Shown piece after piece: positions 49,503-59,061 of a stretch of 64,000 nucleotides of DNA (its first letter is position 1; every line of letters begins with the position of its first letter). The position numbers and the translations under genes are program-made. Location of the stretch: the NCBI GenBank assembly GCA_965215015.1, contig OZ244042.1, positions 3,552,001-3,616,000 on the forward strand, in the 5' to 3' direction. The notes under the pieces are model-generated. The model did no database searches and was not told the origin of the DNA. It saw only the letters and a list, made by a program, of their open reading frames with translations. The stretch comes from Candidatus Poribacteria bacterium. Lineage in GTDB: Bacteria; Poribacteria; WGA-4E; PCPOR2b.

Positions 49503-51155
49503 ATGCCGACACTCGATAGCCAAAAACACCATAAACAGTTGTGCGATAGTTCCGGGCGGGTTGAGCCAAGATTATCGCGCAAGCGTCCTGGTATTTTCCA
49601 CTGGTTGCCCGCCGCTATCATCGTTACCTTGACTATTTCAGCAATTATACTGCTTTGGAGCGTAGACGCACCCCACCGCCAATGGCGGGTTTTTTATACG
49701 GTATTGGCCTTGCTGCTTTCGTTCCTGCTGATGCTGCTGTGGCTGCTCTTCTTCTCACGTCTGCGGTGGAAAATCCGGCTACTTGCGTTTGGGGCGATTG
49801 TTCTGATTCTCCTCTTTTCGACTGCTCTGCTTCGCCTAAAAGGATTTAGCGGGGACTTAGTGCCACTGCTGGAATGGCGTTGGGGTGGAAAGGCCGTTGA
49901 ATCTTTGATAGGAAGTGCTCCAACTACTTTGGGAGCGTTTTCAAAAGATTACCCCCAATTTCTTGGACCACGTCGTAATGGGACTGTTCAGGGGATAAAA
50001 CTAGCGCGGGATTGGTTGAAACGTCCGCCGCAGCTTTTATGGCGACAACCCATCGGTGCCGGTTGGTCGGCTTTCGCTGTGGTTGGAAGTTCAGCAGTCA
50101 CCCAAGAGCAGCGCGGCGAATATGAAATGGTCGTCTGTTACGACCTACATTCCGGCCAAGAGCAATGGAGCCATAGCGACCATGACAGATATGAAGCAGT
50201 ACCTGCCGGTGTGGGTCCCCGCGCAACGCCAACAATCGTGGAAGATAAGGTATATACGCTAGGCGCGACGGGTATCCTCAATTGTTTGAATTTGGCAACC
50301 GGGGAGCGTATTTGGTCGGAGGATATCCTCTATGACAACAACGCTGAGGTTGCGTCGTGGGGGATGAGTGGGTCCCCGCTCGTTCTGGATGACCTCGTGG
50401 TGGTGAGTGCAGGGGGGCGAGAAGGCAAGTCTCTAGTCGCCTATCACAAGGATACAGGCGAGCGCATTTGGAGGGGAGGTAGCGGCCCGGCGGGGTATAG
50501 CTCTCCGCTGATTACAACGCTCGCAGGTGTGCCTCAAATCCTTATTTTTAATTATGGAAGTGTGGCTGCCCATGACCCGAACGGCGGGCAAATCCTCTGG
50601 CAGCACGCCTGGCCCAAGAGCACCGAATGTGTCGCTCAACCGGTGCCGCTGCCGGAAGATCGCGTCTTCGTCTCAAGTGGTTACGGTATTGGCTGCAAGC
50701 TTTTCCAAATTGCCCGTGACGAAGATAATCGATTGAGAGCTACTCTCATGTGGGAAACGCCTCGACTCAAAGCGAAGTTTACAAACGTTGTTCAGCGAGA
50801 TGGGTATATCTACGGGCTAGACGATGGCGTGCTTGTGTGTCTTGATCTCGCCAACGGTCAGCGCAAGTGGAAGCGTGGTCGTTACGGGCATGGGCAGATG
50901 GTATTAGTTGATACCGCCTCTTTTCCCCCCGCTGGCAGGGGGAAAGGGAGCGGTAGAGATCAGAGCGGTCTATTGCTTGTGAGTGCAGAGTCCGGCGATA
51001 TTCTCTTAGTTGAAGTCAACCCAAATGAGAGCAAAGAGCTGACACGCTTCCCTGCACTAGCGGACAAAACGTGGAATAACCCCGCACTCGCTGGGCAATA
51101 TCTGCTTGTGAGAAACGATAAGGAAGCGGCATGTTACGAGTTGCCTCTAGAATGA
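49503..51155 (+). CDS. Membrane-anchored PQQ-like beta-propeller protein
   Basis: N-terminal TMs, YPQFLGP.RNG, GPRATP, TGE.IW, GYSSP, WNNPAL. Confidence 0.88.
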   Translation: MPTLDSQKHHKQLCDSSGRVEPRLSRKRPGIFHWLPAAIIVTLTISAIILLWSVDAPHRQWRVFYTVLALLLSFLLMLLWLLFFSRLRWKIRLLAFGAIVLILLFSTALLRLKGFSGDLVPLLEWRWGGKAVESLIGSAPTTLGAFSKDYPQFLGPRRNGTVQGIKLARDWLKRPPQLLWRQPIGAGWSAFAVVGSSAVTQEQRGEYEMVVCYDLHSGQEQWSHSDHDRYEAVPAGVGPRATPTIVEDKVYTLGATGILNCLNLATGERIWSEDILYDNNAEVASWGMSGSPLVLDDLVVVSAGGREGKSLVAYHKDTGERIWRGGSGPAGYSSPLITTLAGVPQILIFNYGSVAAHDPNGGQILWQHAWPKSTECVAQPVPLPEDRVFVSSGYGIGCKLFQIARDEDNRLRATLMWETPRLKAKFTNVVQRDGYIYGLDDGVLVCLDLANGQRKWKRGRYGHGQMVLVDTASFPPAGRGKGSGRDQSGLLLVSAESGDILLVEVNPNESKELTRFPALADKTWNNPALAGQYLLVRNDKEAACYELPLE

Positions 51156-51207
51156 CTGCCGTTTACATTGGAAACGGTGCTTTACAATCGCTGAAGGCAG
51201 GTAAAAT

Positions 51208-53832
51208 ATGAATCAAACGATGACACATAAGGTCCGTCTCAGCGTTTCAGAGACAAAGGGGATTCCCCCCGATAGACAGGGAGGCAAGCATCGGCAAAAC
51301 GTGCCCATCACGCAGGGCGTTCCGTTGCCAAAAGGCGCGTTGCACAATCTAGATTCGGTTTGGGTTGAAGATGGTGATGGTCAGCCGGGCCTGGCGCAGT
51401 TTCGGACGTTGAGTCGATGGGAGGACGGGAGTCTGAAGTGGGTGCTAACCGATTTTTCAGCGGACATGCCAGCCGAAGGAGAGGTTAATTATTTCTTTTG
51501 CTACGGTCAAGAACCTGTATCGATTTTGTCAAATGGGACAATCCAAATCGAGGAAACTGATGACCGCATTACCATCTGTACGGGACCGCTGCAATTTAGC
51601 GTCAACCGCCGGCAATTTTCGCTAATTGAATCTGCCGAATTGGGGCATTTGGACGCGGGGGGTGGATTCTTACCGGAGTGCGAAGTCGTCAGCGGAGAGG
51701 CCCTTTCTGGTGGCGAGGCATGGGTGCGCATCTGTGAATCGTTTAACGATGCCCAAGGAAAACGCTATATCTACGGGATGGGCGGTGACTGTTTAGCTTC
51801 CTTGGCAAAAGATGATTACACCGTAGAAGTAGAGGAGGTGGGCCCCTTACGGACGGTCATCAAGTGCAGTGGGGCATTTGAGGCGGACATCCCTTTCCAT
51901 CACTATGCGGGATATCGACCTTTTCGGATGGTAACGCGGATTTATGCCTATGCAGGCCAAACCTACCTCCGTATACTTCATACTGTGGTGGTAGCGTGCA
52001 ACCCAAGAGAAACTGAGGTGGAGGAGATTGCTATACGGGTCCCGATTTCTCTGAAAAACCGCGTGCGTTTTCGAGCAGCGTCGTTGCGTCCAACTGAGGG
52101 GAGTCTCAATCCCGATGAAGCAATTTTGTTGGGTCAACGGTCAGATAATCAATTCCGTCTTGAACAGCAACGGGCGGGGCAGCAGCGAACCATCGCTGAG
52201 GGTGAACGGACAGAAGGATGGATGACAATCAACGACGGCCATGTGGGAGTAGGGGTTGGCTTGCGCTATATGCCCGAAGAATATCCCAAGGCATTGCGAG
52301 TGATGGGAACTGGACAAGGAATCGATGTCTTTCTCTGGAAAGACATTAATGGAAAACGGCTCAATTTCAAGCGATATGCGGAAGTGATGTCGTGGGAGGA
52401 GGGCGAAGGGGTCTACGCCGATGGCACCGGCACAGCGAAAACAAGTGAATTTTTCGTTTGCTTCTACAAAGCCTCAGAGGATGAGGAGATTCCCGACCGG
52501 CTGCGGGGGCTGCTGACACCACCCTATGTCGCTATTGATCCGGAATGGGGGGCAAAATGCGAGGTGACCGGCGGATTTGCTCCAGCTGACTCCAAACAAT
52601 TTCCTGAATCTGAGCGGATGATGACCGGTTTTTTGGACTGGATGACCCGGAACATTCAACTCGGTCGCTGGTACGGATTTCTCGATTGGGGGGATGCGCT
52701 TGTCGCATGGGAGCAAGAGGAAAACGATTGGCGGTTCTATGGACGGTGGGGTTGGTGCAACAGTGAATGGGACCCGCGGCACGGTGTTTGGATTCAGTAC
52801 CTGCGGACAGGCAAAGCAGATTATTTTCAGTTGGGTGAATCGATGACGCGACACTCCGTTGATGTGGATACGTGCCATTTCCATCCGTTCCGCCCTTATA
52901 TGGTCGGCGGCTGCTTTCGGCATAGCACAGACCATTTCGGCGATGAACCGTGTGCATCGCACACCTTTGTGGACAACTGGGTGGATTACTACTATCTGAG
53001 AGGCGACCTGCGGACTTACGAGGTACTCCAAGAGGCAGGGGAGTTCTTCTTGCGCTACCGATGGTCGGAGGACCCGACCTACAGTTTCAGCCTGCGAAGT
53101 ATCGCCAATGTGCTTCGGGGATTGCTCTATCTTTATGAAATTACCGGCGAATCTCGATTCAAGGAACGAGCCGAAGCGGTCTATACTGTAATTGCAAGGG
53201 GACAGAACGAAGACGGGAGCTGGCACAAGCGGTTTCAGGTTTCGACACCGGATAAGCTGCCGAACCAGGGACCCTATGGCATGGCGACGGAAGGGACAAC
53301 GTTGGCAGTAGAGATGGGAACTGCCCCACCTTTCACCAATGAGGAATTTTGGATATTGAGAAGTGGCACTTTTAAGGAGATACCTTCCCCAAACTCGGAG
53401 CCTCCCATCCGCGTATTACCGATGGAAGAACAGAAGGGCTATCAGACCCACTATCTGATGATTGGATTGGAGCTGCTGCACCGCATAACTGGACGGGACG
53501 ATGTTGCGGAGGTGTATCGCCGTGCCGTGGATTGGTTTTGCGGCTATCCAGATCCCCTCAACGCTGAATTTGCGCTGCAACAGCGTTATGGCGGCGTCAT
53601 CTGTCGGCACCTTGCCTATGCCTACCAGTTGACAGGGGAGCGGAAATATCTGGAGATTGGGCGGGAGGTGCTTCGACGACTCATTGACGATCAGGACTGG
53701 AGCGATGACCCGAAACGTCGAGGCGCAGTAGAGTTGAGCCCGATGACGGTGAGTCTGCTCTTTTTCGGTGTTCCATTTTTTCTTGGGAAACTAAGTGAGG
53801 CGGACATGGGGGAGTCAGAAGAACGGGAGTAG
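51208..53832 (+). CDS. Large RIFT-barrel / exo-rhamnogalacturonan lyase (PcRGLX/YetA)-like protein
   Basis: PITQGVPLPKG, Q...LSRWEDGSLKW, EE.GPLR, WYGFLDWGD, W.NSE, MTRH..DVD. Confidence 0.72.
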   Translation: MNQTMTHKVRLSVSETKGIPPDRQGGKHRQNVPITQGVPLPKGALHNLDSVWVEDGDGQPGLAQFRTLSRWEDGSLKWVLTDFSADMPAEGEVNYFFCYGQEPVSILSNGTIQIEETDDRITICTGPLQFSVNRRQFSLIESAELGHLDAGGGFLPECEVVSGEALSGGEAWVRICESFNDAQGKRYIYGMGGDCLASLAKDDYTVEVEEVGPLRTVIKCSGAFEADIPFHHYAGYRPFRMVTRIYAYAGQTYLRILHTVVVACNPRETEVEEIAIRVPISLKNRVRFRAASLRPTEGSLNPDEAILLGQRSDNQFRLEQQRAGQQRTIAEGERTEGWMTINDGHVGVGVGLRYMPEEYPKALRVMGTGQGIDVFLWKDINGKRLNFKRYAEVMSWEEGEGVYADGTGTAKTSEFFVCFYKASEDEEIPDRLRGLLTPPYVAIDPEWGAKCEVTGGFAPADSKQFPESERMMTGFLDWMTRNIQLGRWYGFLDWGDALVAWEQEENDWRFYGRWGWCNSEWDPRHGVWIQYLRTGKADYFQLGESMTRHSVDVDTCHFHPFRPYMVGGCFRHSTDHFGDEPCASHTFVDNWVDYYYLRGDLRTYEVLQEAGEFFLRYRWSEDPTYSFSLRSIANVLRGLLYLYEITGESRFKERAEAVYTVIARGQNEDGSWHKRFQVSTPDKLPNQGPYGMATEGTTLAVEMGTAPPFTNEEFWILRSGTFKEIPSPNSEPPIRVLPMEEQKGYQTHYLMIGLELLHRITGRDDVAEVYRRAVDWFCGYPDPLNAEFALQQRYGGVICRHLAYAYQLTGERKYLEIGREVLRRLIDDQDWSDDPKRRGAVELSPMTVSLLFFGVPFFLGKLSEADMGESEERE

Positions 53833-53948
53833 GAAGATACCATTGCGCCGCTCGCCGGAGACGGAAATCGGAGTTCCTTCCTACAGGAAACAGACCGTAG
53901 AAGATGTCCCCTCCGAACAGTGCTTTTCTGGCAGCTTCTAAAAAAAAC

Positions 53949-53977
53949 TTGCTTTTTGGAATCTTATGTAATATAAT
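53949..53977 (+). promoter_or_regulatory. sigma70-type promoter
   Basis: TTGCTT-N17-TATAAT followed by hairpin tgcttcag-N5-ctgaagca (53998-54018). Confidence 0.6.
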
Positions 53978-54055
53978 TTATCTTGTAGAACATAAACTGC
54001 TTCAGTATGGCTGAAGCAATTCCTTTTGCAAACTCAAAGAAGAGGTGCTACGAAA

Positions 54056-55051
54056 ATGGCTAACAGGACCGAGAACAGAGACAAAACGATTGAACTGAGA
54101 GATAATCAATTAGTTTTCCGATTCCCCAATGTAGATGAAGATGCCGTACTCGGGATTGAGTTTCAACGGACGTTACGGATTCCGGACGATAACCGAGAAC
54201 ATTATCTGCCTCCAGGGCTTGGGAGATTTCCCCTCAATCGTGTGGACGACTACCCGGATAACCTGCCGGATACCTGGAAGGAACATGGGGGGGTGTTCTT
54301 GCCGATGTATCAGGCGGAAGCAATGTGGATTGATTTCCACGCTCACTATCCGATGGCTGTCAAGATAGCGGCAGGCAAAATCAACGCGGTGACCGGCGCG
54401 GCCTGGAAGGACAAACTCACCAAAACGCCTCAGGACTATTTGGTGGTTCCAGAGCAGCCATGGCTTGACGGTTTCTGTGTCGAGAAGGGCTTAATTCGAC
54501 AGTTCGTCGCGATGCCGTTGGGCGAAGGCTACACGGCCGAGGAACAGCTGACGGGAGAGGCGGAGCATGGAGGGATTCAGATCGCCGTCTACCCCATGCA
54601 GGCTTCGTGGTACGAGCAGACACTACAGAAACAGAGAAGTTATAGGCTGACGGTGGCCGACTGCGAGCCCGAGATGGGGTTGGCACCGGGCGGTCTCATG
54701 CGTCAGGAGATATACGAGGATACATATGGCTTCGATGCGTGGGAGACGTCGATTCGGTCGCGTTGCTTTGTGCATATCGTTAACAGTGTTCAGCTCGTCC
54801 ACTTAACGGGATGTGAGCCGCCGGGCAAACCGTGGACAGCGCAGGATTACACAAACGCGGGGCTGCCGTGGTTCGATTATTACGGGAACGACCTGTCAGC
54901 TTTAGAAGGGGCGAAAAAGTTGGCTGGACTGGACAGTGTTGCCGTTACTAAGCTGAAGAAAGGGGAAGGGTTCCTCCAGGACAACGATCCGGTGACGCCA
55001 GCGGTGGTGAAAAAGCTGGACGAGTCAATGGTACGGGAGGGGAGCTTCTAG
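54056..55051 (+). CDS. Conserved hypothetical protein
   Basis: Motif-rich ORF (FQRTLRIPD, LPPGLG.FP, PMYQ.EAMW, QPWLDG, QFVAMPLG.GYT.E.Q, MGLAPGG...Q, GLPWF); ATG after GAGG. Confidence 0.75.
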   Translation: MANRTENRDKTIELRDNQLVFRFPNVDEDAVLGIEFQRTLRIPDDNREHYLPPGLGRFPLNRVDDYPDNLPDTWKEHGGVFLPMYQAEAMWIDFHAHYPMAVKIAAGKINAVTGAAWKDKLTKTPQDYLVVPEQPWLDGFCVEKGLIRQFVAMPLGEGYTAEEQLTGEAEHGGIQIAVYPMQASWYEQTLQKQRSYRLTVADCEPEMGLAPGGLMRQEIYEDTYGFDAWETSIRSRCFVHIVNSVQLVHLTGCEPPGKPWTAQDYTNAGLPWFDYYGNDLSALEGAKKLAGLDSVAVTKLKKGEGFLQDNDPVTPAVVKKLDESMVREGSF

Positions 55052-55149
55052 GAAACACGGCGACCTATCGCCATCATTGGAGGGCACGAAAGGGGGGGAC
55101 TGTACTCATTGCCGAGCCATAGCACAGTGGGGATCGGCGGATCGATGAG

Positions 55150-55341
55150 TTGATGGATAAGCATGAAGAGCTCGTCCGTCCTGAGCTGGTGATAGTGACT
55201 GATGGCTTGGACAAAGATGTGCCGACAATGAAGCGCAAAGACTTCGGGAGTACCGTTGTCCATGCCTTTATCATCGGTATGAGTGATCCTGACCTCGAGC
55301 GTTTTGCACGGGGTACAGGGGGCACGTCAGTCTTTTTATGA
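55150..55341 (+). pseudogene. C-terminal fragment of a VWA-domain protein
   Basis: LVIVTDG, VHAFIIG, LERFARGTGG; MIDAS N-terminus absent. Confidence 0.55.
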
Positions 55342-55391
55342 AGATAAAATTCCTAAAAAAGAAGCTAAAAAAGAAGAAGGAGGCGATTCTG

Positions 55392-56318
55392 ATGAAACAA
55401 GGGAAGGAATCGGGGACGAGTTTGAGAATCGCCTCGGGCACAAGGGAGGAGATTCGAGCAAACGTGTCGGACAACACACTTAAAGCATATGAGCATGCGA
55501 CACGCAAGCTGGAGGACTGGCTGGACGGTCGTACGCTTGATGATGCGGTGTTGGCTGAGTATATCCGTTTCCTGAATACGAAAGGGAAATCGCCCGCAAC
55601 GATCAATCTGTTACTGGCCGCGGTCAAGTGGATGGCTGAGTACCATGGGATTGACAATGTCGCCGGGGATATCACCAAGCGCACCTGGTCTGGTATCCGA
55701 GGAGAAAACAAACGGCGGGAGCAGAGGCGGGCCGATGGGCTCACCTGGGATGAGGTGGAGCGCGTGTGCACAGTTGCTGAATCCACAGAAACTGTGGCAG
55801 GCTTACGGGATGCGGCGATGATCAGCCTGATGAGCGATTGTCTACTCCGAATCTCGGAGGCTGTTGCAGTCAATGTGGAGGATATTGGAGAGGAGGGGCT
55901 TCAGATACACAGGGCGGAGCGCGGGCCGACGAAGCAGGGTGATACTCTGTATATCTGCGAGTGGACACGGCGGTTGATAAAACGCTATTGTCAGAGGTCT
56001 GGGATTGAGTCAGGAGCACTATTTAGGCGAATACGTTTCCAGAATCATGTGACCGAAGACCGCCTCGGTGTGAAAGGGGCTCGTGAAGCGATACGCCGGC
56101 GCGCGACGGAAGCGGGAGTGACGGGTTGCATCAGTGGGCACTCGCTTCGGATTGGATCCGCGGTTTCACTCGCTGAGGCTGGGGCAACAGTGAAAGAGGT
56201 GCAAGAGGCAGGGCGGTGGCGGGGGCCTACAATGCCGGCACACTATGTGAGGGAGCCACCTGCGGAACCGAGCCCAGTGGAGAAATATAAAGATGGAAAT
56301 CGGATTGACACGGATTGA
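55392..56318 (+). CDS. Tyrosine recombinase/integrase (Cre-like)
   Basis: RDAA.I, LRISE (R), SGHSLR (HxxR), GRW, HY catalytic set; ATG after GGAGG. Confidence 0.9.
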   Translation: MKQGKESGTSLRIASGTREEIRANVSDNTLKAYEHATRKLEDWLDGRTLDDAVLAEYIRFLNTKGKSPATINLLLAAVKWMAEYHGIDNVAGDITKRTWSGIRGENKRREQRRADGLTWDEVERVCTVAESTETVAGLRDAAMISLMSDCLLRISEAVAVNVEDIGEEGLQIHRAERGPTKQGDTLYICEWTRRLIKRYCQRSGIESGALFRRIRFQNHVTEDRLGVKGAREAIRRRATEAGVTGCISGHSLRIGSAVSLAEAGATVKEVQEAGRWRGPTMPAHYVREPPAEPSPVEKYKDGNRIDTD

Positions 56319-56378
56319 AATCATAGACTGCTACTTTAGGCAGGCTTGATGCTATGCGAAAAAAGGATTTTCCCTAAG

Positions 56379-56612
56379 TAAGATGAGGGGTGCTCATAAA
56401 GTAGTAGGCCCGCTCCGCGTCCCGTAAACCATACAACCGCTACGGCATACTGCTTGGCTAACACTCAACTTCCATTAAACTCGCACCCATAACTTGAAAA
56501 ACAAAGCACCTCCAACCCCATCTACTGCCTGAGACCAATATCTGTATCCGTATTTTCTGTGCTATCTGCTGAATCTCGGATGCAGACAATAATTATAAGC
56601 ACCCCCCAGTTA
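56379..56612. mobile_element. MITE-like element, same TIR family as the radC-linked element
   Basis: taagatgaggggtgctcataa ... cagacaataattataagcaccccccagtta. Confidence 0.6.
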
Positions 56613-56672
56613 GATAATCTGGGCGTGAAAAAATCGGTTTCTCCGTTAACTAGCAACTGGTGTTAGAATATT

Positions 56673-57341
56673 CTACTCGCGAGCCAAAACGACGCGGCCT
56701 CCCTCAACCGAATGAATCTCCCTCACAACCCCCGCTTTGAGCAACGCCAAATCCTCACCCGACAATTCAAGCTCCAGCCCGTCAACGGTCAGATGGATTG
56801 TCCCCCCGACAACCAGCCAGTGCTCATTACAGGTTAAAGGTGATTCGTCAACTCCCTCACCGGGGCCGAATGTGATCAATCGCCACTCACTTAACGGACA
56901 ACGCGACCCGCGGTTTGGAAAGGGACCATTGTTGCTCTCGCCAGGAACGACAAACCCTGGAACGGTCGGGATCGGTGGCCCCGCTTCCTCAACCAAGATA
57001 TGTATCGGTCGCTTCTGTCGCTCAAGTCGTGTCACGATGGCGTTGTTCTCGTAGCCGGTAAACATCTGAAACCGATGCACGACGCCCATGGGCGTGTAGA
57101 CCATTGTGTTGGGAGTGACCTCGAACCGCTGTTCGTCTAGCCACACCTCGCCACATCCAGCGGTGAACAACCACAATTCGTCGTTGTCGTGATAATGGGG
57201 TTCAACGCCTGTACCTATCCGTTGGTCGGGGAAATGGCGGAAGGCACTGAGGGCTGTCCAATCTGGATAGATACCTTGTTCCCAGTAGATATTGTTCGAG
57301 TTTTCCGAACGGATCACGTAGTGTTGGTTTGCAATTATCAT
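56673..57341 (-). CDS. Cupin-domain protein
   Basis: PHYHDNDELWLF..G.G, P.GVVH; second degenerate cupin. Confidence 0.8.
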   Translation of the reverse strand: MIIANQHYVIRSENSNNIYWEQGIYPDWTALSAFRHFPDQRIGTGVEPHYHDNDELWLFTAGCGEVWLDEQRFEVTPNTMVYTPMGVVHRFQMFTGYENNAIVTRLERQKRPIHILVEEAGPPIPTVPGFVVPGESNNGPFPNRGSRCPLSEWRLITFGPGEGVDESPLTCNEHWLVVGGTIHLTVDGLELELSGEDLALLKAGVVREIHSVEGGRVVLARE

Positions 57342-57402
57342 TTGTTCTCAAGGTTTTCAGATTATGGATTTATATGAGTTAATCAAAAGTTGTCAACACA
57401 TA

Positions 57403-59052
57403 CTAACGATATTCAAGGTGCACCTCAAGTTTCTCAATCAAAATTTGATGCTGCACATCAGGGGGGCGTTCGGTCACTCGCACACCGACAAGATTATTGC
57501 CAACCGCTAGAAATTTGGGCTGTACTGCAAACACGAGCCATCCTTCCAGTACCGTTGGTGTCCCCAACAAGATATTGTTAATACGGACCTCGATCTGATC
57601 TTCGGTGCCTTTTGTCGCCGGGAGGTTCTGAAGGGTGCCGGGGTGGCCGATGGTCGCTACAGTGACCGGCTGCAGTCGCTGATCTTCCCCCTTCCCCTCC
57701 CCGCAAGCGGGGGCAGGGGGAGGCTCTGGATCGGATAGCAGCAGGTGGAGCGTAATTTGATCGATCCGGTCTGCCGCCACATCCATATCATCTGCCACAG
57801 CAATTTTTAAGAGGGTATCCACTTTACCCTCGTTGTCTAAGGGCGCAGGCAGCTGCCCGAACATATTCGTGTTGAAGTACATGAATCGTGGCGTACTCCA
57901 ATCCTCCGGGTTGGGTAGGACGGTCGGACCGTGCCCGCCACCACGACGCTGTACAACGAAGATCTTGTTCTTATGTTTGAGAGCAGCCGAGTCGCCGATT
58001 TCGTGATATGCCCGATGATGCGTCTGCCATCCCTTTTCTAGGTACATCTGACCGACGGTACGATCTGTACCCGTTGGCGTTGCGTGGGCGAAGTTGAAGG
58101 TCTGGACACCATCTGCGCCGAGTAGATACCAATTCGCCACCACACCCCGCATGACCTCAATGGGGGGCCACTGATAGCCATCTGAAGCGTGATGATCATC
58201 GATGCACGGATAGAGTTTAATGTTCGTCCCCGCCGTGATTTTGCGGAACGCCGAGATATCCACATCAAATGACCGGCACCCCATGACAAAGATATCCAAC
58301 AGTTCCTCCTGCGCCCACGTTTCGGCGTCGATACCATCAAAATGACACCCCTCCAAGTTTTCGGGCACACGAGCCGCAAGCAGAAACGGCCGTCCACGTT
58401 TGCGCGCTACCTCTAACAGCATCGCTCGTGTCGCACGTATGAAATCGGTGAGTCTATCGCGGTGCTTCCACTGATGCCCCGGTGGCAAGACAGGGCAGAC
58501 CCTTGCAAAGTCCAATTCGATACCGTCGAAGTCGTAGCTTTCCGCTGCCTCGCGGAGAATGCCTAACTTGTATTCATGGACGCCCTCAATAGCGAAGTTC
58601 CAGTAACCGTTGGGGTTCCATGTGTGGATAAGCCAGTCGGGGTGTGCCTCCTTCATCGGAATCTCTGCGACAGGACCCAAGTCGTTGTCCGAACCGTTGA
58701 TTCGGTAGGAAAAAAAGGCTTCTATGTCTCGCTGCTTCGATGCCTCAAGGAATACTTGGACGATGTTGATGCCGTCGTCCGCCCACTTTTTGAATCCGGA
58801 TGAATCGTAGAGCGGTAGAACTTCGCTCGGATAAGGGGCCTGATGGCCTTCCCCCCAACTCCAGTAGATACTGTCGATGTGCGTTCCCGGTTCGTCAGCG
58901 AACATAAACTTCCATTCGACCAACCGCTCAATCTCTTTTGTGGCGAACCTTTCGCCGTCCGCAGAAATAACGTCAAAATTGACAATCACCCGGCGGCGTC
59001 GGTTCACCGCATTAATGTGTTCTGAGGAAAGTTGTCCCTTCATTCGGACCAA
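57403..59052 (-). CDS. Glycosyl-hydrolase-like (GHL10-type) TIM-barrel protein
   Basis: SYRIN, WNFA..GV, YDFDGIELDF.R, GADGVQTFN. Confidence 0.68.
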   Translation of the reverse strand: MVRMKGQLSSEHINAVNRRRRVIVNFDVISADGERFATKEIERLVEWKFMFADEPGTHIDSIYWSWGEGHQAPYPSEVLPLYDSSGFKKWADDGINIVQVFLEASKQRDIEAFFSYRINGSDNDLGPVAEIPMKEAHPDWLIHTWNPNGYWNFAIEGVHEYKLGILREAAESYDFDGIELDFARVCPVLPPGHQWKHRDRLTDFIRATRAMLLEVARKRGRPFLLAARVPENLEGCHFDGIDAETWAQEELLDIFVMGCRSFDVDISAFRKITAGTNIKLYPCIDDHHASDGYQWPPIEVMRGVVANWYLLGADGVQTFNFAHATPTGTDRTVGQMYLEKGWQTHHRAYHEIGDSAALKHKNKIFVVQRRGGGHGPTVLPNPEDWSTPRFMYFNTNMFGQLPAPLDNEGKVDTLLKIAVADDMDVAADRIDQITLHLLLSDPEPPPAPACGEGKGEDQRLQPVTVATIGHPGTLQNLPATKGTEDQIEVRINNILLGTPTVLEGWLVFAVQPKFLAVGNNLVGVRVTERPPDVQHQILIEKLEVHLEYR

Positions 59053-59061
59053 TCCTTTCTG

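Noticed and set aside
55392-56318. Prophage or integron at the recombinase
   Set aside because: No phage structural genes, attC cassette array or tRNA target are evident.
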